Of a stretch of DNA of 64,000 bases, positions 11,596 through 23,477 are shown piece by piece (position 1 is the stretch's first letter; each line of letters begins with the position of its first letter). The position numbers were made by a program, and so were the translations under genes. Source of the DNA: Squalus acanthias (lineage: Eukaryota); NCBI GenBank assembly GCA_030390025.1, contig CM059432.1, forward strand, positions 104,038,001-104,102,000. The letters run 5' to 3'. The notes under the pieces were generated by a model. The model was not told the origin of the DNA. It worked only from the letters and a program-made list of their open reading frames with translations, and did no database searches.

Positions 11596-14278
11596 TTGTC
11601 TCTTCAACCTTGTTCAAATTCACTGCTTTCAGTTTCCCTTCTCGTGTTTGATCAGGTATCTGCCAAGACTCGGTTTCACAGCCACATTACTTTCCTCAGC
11701 AACTGTCTCCGGTTCCGTCTTATTCCACGTGGATTCCAACTCAACTTCCACCCTTTGTGTTTCGGATCCACCCAGGATTACAAATATCTCCAAGATATTC
11801 ATCGTTCCTCGAACTACTGCTCTCGCCGCATCTTGAGATCCACGCTCAATGCCATGCAACGCCACATGAATACTCTCGACCTCTCTCTTCAGCAGCACCG
11901 ACGCACTCTATCTCAAAGCTCTCCGGGTCCACAGTTCCATTTCATCCTTCGGCTCATCCGACGCTTCAACAAAAAACTTTTTTTCTTCCTTTCTGATGTC
12001 AAGGATTGCAAGCTTCATCAACTCTTGAACACCAACGTCCCTCCGGAACCTTCTTCCCCTTCACTTTCCTCTGACCCCCCTTCTCCCAATCTCACCCCCT
12101 GCCGCGTTTTCACTATCCCTTCTGACCTTCCCCTTTCTGACCCCGAACGATCAGTCCTCAGCAAAGGCCTGAGCTTCATCCCCTTAAGCCCCCACCTCAA
12201 TGAATTTCGAGCTCGGCACGATACTGAGCTCTTTTTCTGCCGCCTTCGCCTCCGTGCCCACTTCTCTGGCCAGGAGTCTTCCCCCCATATGGCTGACCCT
12301 TTCTCCCGCTTTCAGAATTCCTGTTCTACCTGGACCCCTCCCTCTGGCCTCTTACCCTCTCTAGATCTTTTCATTGCCAACTGCCGGCGTGACATTGGCC
12401 GTCTCAATTTCTCTGCTCCCCTCTCTCACTCCAACCTACCTCCCTCTGAACTTGCAGCACTCTATTCCCTCAGATCCAACCCCGACATTGTCATTAAACC
12501 TGCTGACAAGGGTGGTGCTGTTGTTGTTTGGCGTACCGACCTTTACCTAGCGGAAGCTGAACGCCAACTCTCCGACACCTCCTCCTACCTCCACCTGGAC
12601 CATGACCCCACTACCGAACATCAAACCACCATTTCCAAGACCGTCACTGACCTCATCTCCTCTGGAGATCTTCCCCCCACGGCCGCCAACCTCATAGTTC
12701 CCCAACCCCACACAGCCCACTTCTACCTCCTTCCCAAGATTCACAAACAGGACTGCCCCGGTAGACCCATCGTTTCAGCCTGTTCTTGCCCCACGGAACT
12801 TATCTCTTCCTATCTCGACTCTATTTTTTCTCCCCTTGTCCAGTCTCTTCCCACCTACATCCGCGACTCTTCCGACGCCCTCCGCCATTTTAACAGTTTC
12901 CAGTTTCCTGGCCCCAACCGCCTCCTCTTCACTATGGACGTACAATCCCTCTACACCTCCATTCCCCACCAGGATGGCCTGAGGGCGCTCCGCTTCTTCC
13001 TTGAACAGAGGCCCAACCAGTCCCCATCCACCACCACCCTCCTCCGCCTGGCTGAACTTGTTCTCACATTGAACAACTTCTCCTTTGACTCCACCCATTT
13101 CCTCCAAATTAAAGGTGTTGCTATGGGTACCCGCATGGGTCCTAGCTATGCCTGCCTTTTCGTGGGATATGTGGAACACTCTTTGTACCAGTCCTACTCG
13201 GGTCCCCTCCCTCACCTCTTTTTCCGATACATTGATGACTGTATCGGTGCCGTCTCCTGCTCTCGCCCTGAACTAGAACATTTCATTCACTATGCTTCCA
13301 ATTTCCACCCTTCCCTCACCTTCACATGGTCCATCTCCGACTCTTCCCTTCCCTTCCTCGACTTCTCCATCTCCATCTCTGGGGATAGGTTATTGACTAA
13401 CATTCACTACAAGCCCACTGACTCCCACAGCTACCTGGACTACACTTCCTCCCACCCCGCCTCCTGTAAGGACTCTATTCCATTCTCCCAGTTTCTCCGT
13501 CTCCGTCGCATCTGCTCTGATGATGCCACCTTCCATACCAGTGCTTCCGACATGTCTTCCTTTTTCCTCAACCGAGGATTCCCCTCTACCGTGGTCGACA
13601 CGGCCCTCAACCGTGTCCGTTCTATCTCCCGCACTTCTGCCCTCACCCCTGCCCCTCCCTCCCGGAACCACGATAGAGTTCCCCTTGTCCTCACCTTTCA
13701 CCCCACCAGCCTCCACATTCAACGGATCATCCTCCGCCATTTCCGCCACCTCCAGCGTGATCCCACCACCAAATGCATCTTCCCCTCACCTCCCCTTTCA
13801 GCATTCTGCAGGGACCGCTCCCTCCGCGACACCCTAATCCACTCCTCTACCACCCCCAGCACCCCTTCCCCTTCGCCCGGCACCTTCCCGTGCAAGCGCA
13901 GGAGATGCAACACATGCCCTTTTTCCTCCCCTCTTCCCACTGTCCAGGGCCCCAAACACCCCTTCCAGGTGAAACAGCGATTTACTTGTACTTCCTGCAA
14001 TTTAGTATACTGTATTCGCTGCTCACGATATGGTCTCCTCTACATTGGGTGACCGCTTTGCGGAACACCTCCGTTCAGTCCGTAAGGGGGACCCCGAGCT
14101 CCCGGTCGCCTGTCACTTTAATTCACCGCTTCACTCCCACTCTGACCTCACCGTCCTCGGCCTATTACACTGTTCCACGGAAGCGCAGCGTAAGCTCGAG
14201 GAACAGCACCTCATCTTTTGTTTAGGCACGCTACAGCCCTCTGGACTCAATATCGAGTTCAACAATTTTAGATCATAA
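11596..14278 (+). pseudogene. Penelope RT plus Cys-rich linker plus GIY-YIG endonuclease; one frameshift near 14049
   Basis: 818 open codons containing IKPADKGG, YLLPKIHK, GRPIVS, MDVQSLYTSIP, GVAMGT, FRYIDD, FLD, YKPT, CKRRRCNTC, LVYCIRC...LYIG. Continues in another frame as GDRFAEH...HFN...EQHLIFCLGTLQPSGLN. No ATG seen. Confidence 0.93.
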
Positions 14279-14543
14279 CCTTAGCCCCATCACATTTATA
14301 TTTTATTTTCTCATCCACCCTTTTATTTGCCCCCCCCCTTTTTTTTCCTCCTAGAAGCTGGCAGCTGTCCTTCATTCTGCCATTGCATTTCACACTTCTT
14401 TCAGCCTTAACCTGTCACATTAACACCACCTCTTGCCTTGATATCTCTTAATGTCTCTTAATCGCTCCTTTTGTTCTTTTATCCCCTCCCCCTTTTCCCA
14501 GCTTTATCCTTGCTTTAAATCTATTTGATTTCCTGCTGTCTCC

Positions 14544-14580
14544 AGTTCTGATGAAAGGTCTTCGACCTGAAACGTTAACT
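14544..14580 (+). ncRNA. Minimal type I hammerhead ribozyme in the Penelope 3' region
   Basis: agtt-CTGATGA-a-aggtc(ttc)gacct-GAAAC-GT-T-aact: conserved core, 5-bp stem II, palindromic ACGT stem III, stem I agtt/aact. Confidence 0.8.
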
Positions 14581-16437
14581 CTGTTTCTCTCTCCACGGAT
14601 GCTGCCTCGCCTGCTGAGTTTTTCCAGCGTTTTCTGCTGTTATTTCGGATTTCCAGCATCTGCAGTATTTTGCTATCATCAAAGAGTAGGGCCCATTAGG
14701 GACCAAAGTGGCAATCTGTGTGTAGAGCCGGAAGATGTAGGTGAGGTTTCAAATGAATATTTTGCATCTGTGTTCACTATGGAGGAGGACGATGTAGGCA
14801 TAGAAATCAGGCAGGGGGATTGTGATATACTTGAACAAATTAGTATTGAGAGGGAGGAGGTACTAGCGGTTTTAGCGGGCTTAAAAGTGGATAAGTCCCC
14901 AGGCCCAGACGAGATGTATCCCAGGCTGCTGTGTGAGGCAAGGGAGGAGATTGCAGGGGCTCTGACACAAATTTTCAGAACCTCTCTGGCCACAGGGGAG
15001 GCGCCAGAGGACTGGAGAACAGCTAACATAGTACCATTATTCAAGAAGGGTCGTAGGGATAAACCAGGGAATTACAGGCCAGTGAGCCTAACATCAGTGG
15101 TAGAGAAATTATTAGAAAAAATTCTGAGGGACAGAATTAGTCTCCACTTGGAGAGACAAGGATTAGTCAAGGATAGTCAGCATGGCTTTGTCAAGGGGCG
15201 ATCATGTCTAACCAATTTGAATTTTTCAAGGGGGTAACTAGGTGTGTGGATGAGGGTAGTGCAGTTGATTTAGTCTACATGGACTTCAGTAAGGCTTTTG
15301 AGAAAGTCCCGCATGGGAGACTGGTCAAGAAGGTAAGAGCCCATGGGATCCAAGGCAATTTTGCACATTGGATCCAAAATTGGCTTAGTGGCAGGAGGCA
15401 GAGGGTGATGGTCGAAGGTTGTTTTTGTGACTGGAAGCCTGTGTCCAGTGGTGTACCACAAGGATCGGTGCTGTGTCCTTTACTGTTTGTAGTGTGCATT
15501 AATGATTTAGATATGAATGTAGGAGGTATGATCAGTAAGCTCGCAGATGACACGAAAATTGGTGGAGTGGTAAATAGCGAGGAGGGAAGCCTCAGGCTAC
15601 AGGACGATATAGACAGGTTGGTCAGATGGGCAGAACAGTGGCAAATGGAATTTAACCCTGAAAAGTGAGAGGTGATGCATTTTGGGAGGACAAACAAGGC
15701 AAGGGAATACACAATGAATGGTAGGACCCTAGGAAGGACAGAGGATCAGAGGGACCTTGGTGTGCATGTACATAGATCCCTGAAGGCAGCAGGACAGGTA
15801 GATAAGGTGGTTAAAAAGGCATATGGGATACTTGTCTTCATTAGCCGAGGCATAGAATATAAGAGCAGGGAGGTTATGATGGAGCTGTACAAAACGCTAG
15901 CTAGGCCACAGCTGGAATACTGTGTGCAGTTCTGGTCGCCACACTATAGGAAGGATGTGATTGCATTGGAGAGGGTGCAGAGGAGATTCACCAGGATGTT
16001 ACCTGGGCTAGAACGCTTCAGCTATGAAGAGAGACGGGACAGGCTGGGGTTATTTTCCTCAGAGCAGAGAAGGCTGAGGGGGGGACCTGATTGAGGTGTA
16101 CAAAATTATGAGGGGCATAGATAGTGTAGATAGAAAGGAACTTTTCCCCTTAGTAGAGGGGTCAATAACCAGGTGGCATAGTTTCAGGGTAAGGGGCAGG
16201 AAGTTTAGAGGGGATTTGAGGAAAAACTTTTTCACCCAGAGGGTGGTTGGAATCTGGAACTCACTGCCTGAAAGGGTGGTAGAGGCAGGAACCCTCACAA
16301 CATTCAAGAAGCATTTAGATGAGCACTTGAAACACCATAGCATACAAGTGCTGGAAAATGGGATTAGGATAGGGCTTGATGGCCGGCGCGGACACGATGG
16401 GCTAAAGGGCCTCTCTCTGTGCTGTATAACTCTATGA

Positions 16438-18298
16438 CACACTTTAGGAAGCATTTCAAGGCCTTAGAGAGGGTGCAGAAGAGATTTACTAGAATGGTAC
16501 CAGAGCTGCGGGACTTCAGTTATGTGGAGAGACTGGAGAAGCTGGGGCTGTTCTTGGAGCAGAGAAAGTTAGAGGAGATTTGATAGAGGTGTTCAAAATC
16601 AAGAATGACTTTGATAGAGTAAATAAGGAGAAACTGGCCTAGAAATTGGAACCTTTAAGTGCCTTTCGGTGATGCCGGTTTTGAAGAAAAATGGCGGCCG
16701 CCTCTCTTCCATCGCTGAACGCAGAAGCCGCCATATTGGGCAGGTCGGCAGTGCTGCCATTGCCTGCATTCATCGCAAGTATTTAAATGACTCAGAGCGT
16801 GATGTCAATCGGACTGCAATGCTGAAATGACGCTTGCTCAGCGATTTTGGGCATCACCCCTCCTCCTAGCACCCTCTCCAAAGCACGACAGCGTGTAGAG
16901 CTGGGAGAAAGCAGTGGAGAGCTATAGATCTCCGCCAGAATCTTCAATAACGCTGCAAAGTATGTCCAGTCCAGTGAGATGGCTCATGGTGATTGCTGCA
17001 GAAACACAGCAGATTGAATGCCTGTTCTATACATGTTAGATGCCAGCACTCAACCGGAGCAGGTTAGTGAGTTCTGGCACGTAATGTGTACAGAACAGCA
17101 TATGGTTAAAAATAGTCTGAGGGACTTGTACTGCATCTAAAGGCCTGATCCATTACTGTCGCTTGCAGTTGTGTCAGTAAACTGGAAATGAAATATTTGG
17201 GCTTTGTAAATGTTTACTGTTATTGTTCCAAATGTCTGTATTGAATATGCATCCTTTTACTCTGAAGTAACAGGTGTGTGCTTATTACATTTTCAATGAA
17301 AGGAGCCCTAACTACTTTTTCCCGTTTCTGAAGGAATTTTTAAATCTGCATTTACTCGTATCGATATTCAGGTGTTCAGGGTATCCAGTAAACTTTTCAC
17401 ATCTCTTGGCCTATTCAGGGAGGAATCATGGATCACCTGTGCCGGCTCTGACATCCAGTATTGCAAACAAGTCTCCCAATTCCAGTACACCATTGCCCTT
17501 TCAAAAGGCATATCTGTGTACTTTCTAGAGAGATATACTCCTGAAAAGACTTGCAGTGAAAAACCTCTAATAACAAAGCTTATTCACTATGTATGTGTAT
17601 TAAAAGAATAGGTTGCTTTTATTTGTATTCTAGGGAGTAGAATCGGAAATATTGGTTGCATTCTTTAAAATGACAGATTCATCTATTTTTATGCTTTCAT
17701 TTATCTTGCATCAACCGCGAAATATAAGCGAAAACATAGTAGTACACTAAGAAATCGCAATCTCCTGAGAACGTCGCACAGATCCTTTAGACCCGACCTT
17801 CGGCCTCCTGTTGATTTTACCGCCAGAAAGAACACATTGCACGAGAGCTTCTGCGCTGTGCTCATTTAAATCAGCAGGCAGCACCAAAATACCAGCGGTG
17901 CCTGTGTTCTTTTTGCGGGCAGCCGTTAACCTTGGCCTGGGGTGGCACCCCTCGTTTTAGGGCTTAATAGAATTTCTAGGCCACTGTTTCCAGTGGCAGA
18001 AGGGTCGCTAACCAGAGGAGACAGATTTACAGTGATTGGCAAAAAGAACCAGAGGTGACATGAGGAAACATTTTTTACCACAGCGAGTTATGATGATCTG
18101 GAAAGCACTGCCTGAAAGGGTGCAGGAAGCAGATTCAATAGTAGCTTTCAAAAGGGAATTGGATAAATACTTGAAGGGAAAACTTTTTCAGTGCTGTTGG
18201 GAAAGAGCAGGGGAGTGGACTAATTGGATAGCTCTACCAAAGAGGCGGCAAAGTCACAAGGGGCTGAATGGCCTCCTCCTCAGCTGTATCATTCTATG
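16438..18298 (+). mobile_element. Old CR1 LINE part 2 (3' end), split by the MITE at 16636-17982
   Basis: cacactttaggaag continues ...ctgggcacca from 10785. gagaaact|gtttccagtggcagaagggtc rejoins across the MITE. Tail ends tatcattctatga. Confidence 0.88.
16636..17982. mobile_element. Non-autonomous Harbinger-type element (1.35 kb)
   Basis: Perfect 12-bp TIR GGCCTAGAAATT/AATTTCTAGGCC and 3-bp TSD ACT (16633-16635, 17983-17985). Removing it restores the CR1 sequence. Confidence 0.85.
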
Positions 18299-20604
18299 AG
18301 GAACACTGAGCAAAAACAGTTAAGCTGTGTTGATTTACTTTTTAAAAAAAAGTATATTCCTCTAGTTGGGAATTGGATGGAAGGTACTTTTCGGGGAAAA
18401 ACAGAATGAGATGATCAATACTGCATGAGGCACAATATTCACCGTGTTGTTGGGGTTTAGTGTCACCTGTGGATGGCAGGGTTGTAAGGGAAGGTGAGGG
18501 GAGGTGTAAAATTTCAGAAATTTCACCTCAGACCTTTTGGAAATCAGAGTATTTATGCAGAAAATTTCCTGAGGAGATTAATGGGATGCAGTAGAATCCA
18601 ATGATGATTAAACTACAGGGTCAGTAGAAGAAACATGTTTGATTGCCTGAACGATCATTTCCCATCCCATGCTTTCTTATCTACAAATCTGGAATAAAAT
18701 GAAAAGGAGAAAAATTGTTCAAAGTAAGCTAAAGAAATAAGTAAAAATAATGACGGCTTTATGCTTCTGTGCTTGCCGGCATGACATTCCACACCCATTC
18801 ACTAGAGAATGAAGTAGTAGAAAATCCCAGCCAGAAGATCATATGGTGGAAAAAAAAAGAAAAAAAATTAATGCAACTATAAATGATAAAAAGTTTAAGG
18901 AATTTAATCAAAAAATTAAGGACAAGTGGAAGATTTTAGTTTGAAAATGTCACATAAAATATATACATTTTATGCACGTAATGCAAGATTGTGTCCACAT
19001 GGTCATCTCTGCTGCTCTCAGAGTCCAGCCTTGGTACCTCCTTATTCATAATCAACGTGCTACATTCAGCAACACGATTCCCAATCATGCCTCCAGTCTC
19101 CCCAACCCAAACCAAATTCCTTGATCTCCTGCTTAGTGTCCACCTCTGCGTGTAAATCTTTCCAAGATGTCCTTTACATAAGGTGTACTATACAAATGTA
19201 AATTGGTGTCAATAGACAGCTAACAGGGAATAAGAATTTTCTTCTCTCCTCCTCTTCTGAAGGCAGTGACTAATGCTGGGGTTTGGTTTCATAGGTGCCA
19301 GTCACCTTCCAGCACCTCACTCAGCCAGTCGTGCTTCATGTGCGACACTGAACAGTGAGCTTCAGCAATCTATTTGGGCTGTGGTGGTCATCGCTGACAA
19401 GCCCGAACCTGTCCTCACTTGACATACACAGCAGGCATCAATAGATAGCAGTGCCCCTACTGTCACCCTGCCCGAGATCAATGAATTCGGCAGACTGGGA
19501 ATAAAACCTGGTCTGCATGGTTCAGCTACACATCAACTTTACTAATTGAACCCCTGAAGAGCTCAGTTCAATTGGCATTCAAATTCATAACAGCAAAGCT
19601 GAAGCAGTGTGTAATTGGTGGAACCCTCAAGAGCAATGACTCATGTGCCACCAATTTGTTCTCATATGTAATTTTTTTTAAGGTTTTCTTATGGTCAGCC
19701 AGTGAGGATGGTAAAGACAAATATATGTAGGTGAAAGGGTAAAATTATGATAACCATCACTGAACTAGTACAACAATATTCTGGGTATGTTATGGAGGAT
19801 ATCAAATTACAAGAAAATAAACATTATTAATATTTTTCATGTAATTACCTGAAGAATTTAATGCGGTATTTAATACTTTTTCAACTCAGTAATCTAAATG
19901 AAAATATATAAACCAAGAACAAATCGGTGTTTATTCTACTGGGCAGTAATTTGTTTTTATTTTACTGTCATCAAAATTATTTGGGTGAGGAACATTTTTT
20001 CTGTGATAAATTTATCAAATAGGACTCTGGCTTGTAAACTGGTGATTGTGAGGTTAGAATCAGCATTTATTGTGGTTGAGATTTTTTTGGCCCCTTGCAG
20101 GAGATAGTAAATTAGGAACAAAATCCACCAAAATTACATGGTTCTGTTGGAAATGGGAGACTCCAGAACTCTGGATCCACAGGACACAAAGAGTTAAGAA
20201 GAAAGGCCTTTCTTCTGTCTATATAATAGAAAAAAAACTATCAATTTCAGCATGATGGAATAGTCAGGATTTCAGTAAACCATAATGGTATGTGTGAAAT
20301 TTCCATACAATGACCACCTGAAGTAAAACCTACAGCAGTACAATTTATAGATTCTACCCTTCCGGACTTGGGATATGTCGAGTGTATTTGAGCTTTATAT
20401 AATGAGGGTGAAATAACTCAGCTCAAGGGGACATTGTATGAACATTCCATACATCTATCATGCTTTATTGAAAAAAAAATCAAAATGTGGATAAACGACT
20501 TCCATAATTGTTCCAGCAAATTTCAACCAATTAATGTTACTACTACTGCTGTAATTTCACTAACTTAAGGATTGAACTGACAGCGCGATAACTTTTCATG
20601 ACAA

Positions 20605-21160
20605 CATAGAATCATAGAATAGTACAGCACAGAAGAGGCCATTCGGCCCATCGAGTCTGCGCCGGCTCTTTCGAAGAGCAATCCAGTTAGTCCCACTCCC
20701 CCGCTCTTTCCCAGATCCTTGCAATCTTTTCCCTTTTGAAGGCTACTATTGAATCTGTATCAACCACCCTATCAGGCAGTGCATTCCAAATCCTAACGAC
20801 TCATTGCGTAAGTTTTTCCTCATGTCGCCTCTGGTTCTTTTGCCAATCATCTTAAATCTGTGTCCTCTGGTTATCGACCCTTCAGCCATTGGAAACAGTT
20901 TCTCTTTATTTACTCTATCTAAAACCTTCATGATTTTAAACACCTCTATCAAATCACCTCCTAGCCTTGTCTGCTCTAAGGAGAACTACCCAGCTTTTCC
21001 AGTCTATCCCCGTAACTGTAATCCCTCATCCCTGGAACCCTCTCCAAAGCCTTCCCATCCTTCCTAAAGTGCGGTGCCCAGAATTGGACACAATACCCCA
21101 GCTGAACTACTGTTTTATAAAGGTGCAGCATAACCTCCTGGCTTTTGTACTCTATGTGCC
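20605..21160 (-). mobile_element. CR1 3' fragment
   Basis: YCVQFWAPHFRKD, DLIEVFKIMK; catagaat tail repeats at 20605. Confidence 0.88.
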
Positions 21161-22039
21161 TCAACTTCGCTGTGACCTTTTGCCTGCCCCCCCCCCCTTG
21201 TTTCCTGCCCACCTTGAGGAGGGATCCCACTGGGGCAAGCACAGCAATTGAGCTCGGTGCACAGACCCGTCAAGGACACAAAACCTGAAACAGCAAGAAG
21301 CAAAGAGAAAGGACACAGTGTGGTCAGAACATGTAGATGGAGAATGAAGGTGCCTGGGATCTCCCTGCCGTGATAGCTGAGCACAACCAGGGTGGCAATA
21401 GGGGCTGCAATCAACTTCAACAGCCTGTGGTCATGGAGGACCAGCCAGGGTTCGTGCTCCAGATCCCCGAGATCAATCCTGCTGGAAAATGCCTGCATGT
21501 GGCTGCTGGCGACAGCAGGATTGGGCTTTGCTGTAATAACACTCATCCCTCGGAATAAACATCAACATTGAGAGCCTAGAAAAACGGGAAGAATGGCCAC
21601 ATTGGTGAGGTGCTGGATATGGAATATATAGCTGGGTAGAGTCCATGATAGGGGAGAGTGTCCATGGGCTGTGGGAGGAGATTAAATGGGTGGGTAGAGT
21701 CCATGATAGGGGAGAGTGTTCTTCAATCTGTGCTAGCCATAGATCCAAAGCCTTGCATTAATTCATCTGATCTAAGATTAAGATCCCATGGTAAGATTAA
21801 AGATTTTGTGGAAGTTTGATGTGCCTGACACCCACTATAAACTACAAATTCTAGGGATGTACTGTCAAAGACTTCCCTTCCACTGAGAGATTAAAGGCAT
21901 CTCAAATGGATCCCCTTATCTTAAGAGTTCCTGGAGGTTAAAAAGAACACAAATTGCATTATATGACAAATGGTCGAGAACATAATGCCAGATGTCAAAA
22001 CACCTCAATTTGCAGTTGCCTAGCTGTGAGTATTATCAT

Positions 22040-22660
22040 TACAGAAATAAGAACATAAGAAACATAAGAAATAGGAGCAGGAGTAGGCCATACGACCCCT
22101 CGAGCCTGCTCCGCCATTCAATATGATGGCTGATCATCGACCTCAACTCCACTTTCCCGCCCGATCTCCATATCCCTTGATTTCCCCTCGAGTCCAAAAA
22201 TCTATCAACCTCAGCCTTGAATATACTCAAAGACTCAGCTGAAAGGCTGAACAGGCTGGGGGTCTATTCTCCAGAAAAGAGAATGCAGAGGGGTGATCTA
22301 ATGGAGGTCTTTAAAATTATGAAGCGGTTTGATAGGGTAGATGTAGAAGATATTTCCACTTGTGGGGGAGACCAAAACTAGGGGTCATAAATATAAGAGT
22401 CACCAATAAATCCAATAGGGAATTCAGGAGAATTTTTTTTACCCAAAGAGTGGCAAGAATGCAGAACTCGCTACCACAAGGAGATTTTGAGACGACTAGC
22501 ATAGAACTAGATAAACACGTGAAAGAGAAAGGAAGAGGTTATGCTGATAAGGTTAGATGAAGAGGGGTGGGAGGAGGCTCATGTCGAGCAAAAAACACCA
22601 GTACAGACCAGTTGAGCGGAATGGCCTGTTTCTGTGATGTACATTCTATGTAATTCTATG
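22040..22660. mobile_element. Two CR1 3' fragments joined head-to-head (- 22040-22240, + 22240-22660)
   Basis: aacataaga tail repeats on the left; FFTQRVARM and an attctatgtaattctatg tail on the right. Confidence 0.8.
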
Positions 22661-23477
22661 TACTGTATATGAAAACCAAAATACCCATCATGTATGATAC
22701 TAAACTATTAAGCTTGCCATTAGGTTGATTCAGCAGGTATTCCAATGTTTTGGCTGTATCACATGCTGGAAGAACTGCAATTTTGATTCTAACAATGGAA
22801 AACCTTGCCTGACTTACCTCCTTGATTTTTTTTGAAGTGACGTCCCAAGTGGACTGTGGAAATTCCTACGATTTGGCGTACCTAGACTTGCCAAAAACAT
22901 TTGATGAAGCTTCTAATGAAAGTTAAGCACAAAGCTGTCAGGATTCAGGGTAAAACTTTGGAATAGAATTTTTTTTAAATGGCTGATGGGTAAAAAAACA
23001 ATAGCTATTTGTTAAAGAAGTTATGTCGAAGGTGAGGGAAAGTGCTGAGTGGGTTGAATATCAAGTCCGCTACTGTTTCTACTTTCTATAAACTCATTGC
23101 AAATTGGTATCATCTACAGATGATACCAAAGTAGAAGCAGCATTTGATTTTGAGGAAACAGCTCAGGACCTGAAAAAAATGAATTGGATAAAACATGTAA
23201 TTGGGCAAAACGATGGCCGGTAAAATTTAATATGGTTAATTTTTAAATACAGCACATGGGAAAAAATGGGTGACATAATTACTCCATGAATGGCATCGAA
23301 ATATCTTATGATAAAGTTGAAAATATCTAGGAGTGCAACAGCAATTAACAAAGCAAATAGAATGCTGAACTATATATGCAAAACAGTAGCGCACAAGTCA
23401 GAGGGAACAATGTAAAAAGTGGATTGTTTCCTTATACACTGATATCCCTCAGTGATGAGCACAAACATTTCCCACAA

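Larger units (their letters stand above)
11557..14680 (+). mobile_element. Penelope-like retroelement (Neptune-type), near full-length ORF, 14-bp TSD
   Basis: TSD AAAGAGTAGGGCCC at 11543-11556 and 14681-14694. RT plus GIY-YIG ORF, 3' UTR with hammerhead motif. C/T-rich sense strand contrasts with the A/G-rich CR1. Confidence 0.95.
10786..16437 (+). mobile_element. Younger 5'-truncated CR1 LINE ORF2 inserted in the old CR1 and itself interrupted by Penelope at 11557-14680
   Basis: GDFN, LDLILGN, GDSDHN, DKSPGPD, YRPVSLTS, YMDFSKAF, VPQGSVL, LADDTK, and a 3' tail ending tataactctatga. Short caca duplication at 10782-10785 and 16438-16441. Confidence 0.92.

Noticed and set aside
12018..14000. 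Several minus-strand ORFs
   Set aside because: Antisense to the Penelope ORF, explained by its C/T skew.
14551..14680. ATG-initiated N-terminus for the downstream CR1 RT ORF (14551-15237)
   Set aside because: The ATG lies within the hammerhead core of the Penelope 3' UTR. The frame is fortuitous and the CR1 RT is frameshifted near 15220.
21115..21558. ORFs of 143 aa (-) and 73 aa (+)
   Set aside because: They overlap a diverged AmnSINE2-like copy and a CR1 edge, with no recognisable protein or splice support.
21633..21719. CRISPR-like repeat-spacer-repeat
   Set aside because: Only two repeats, not palindromic, spacer resembles the repeat, vertebrate context and no cas genes.
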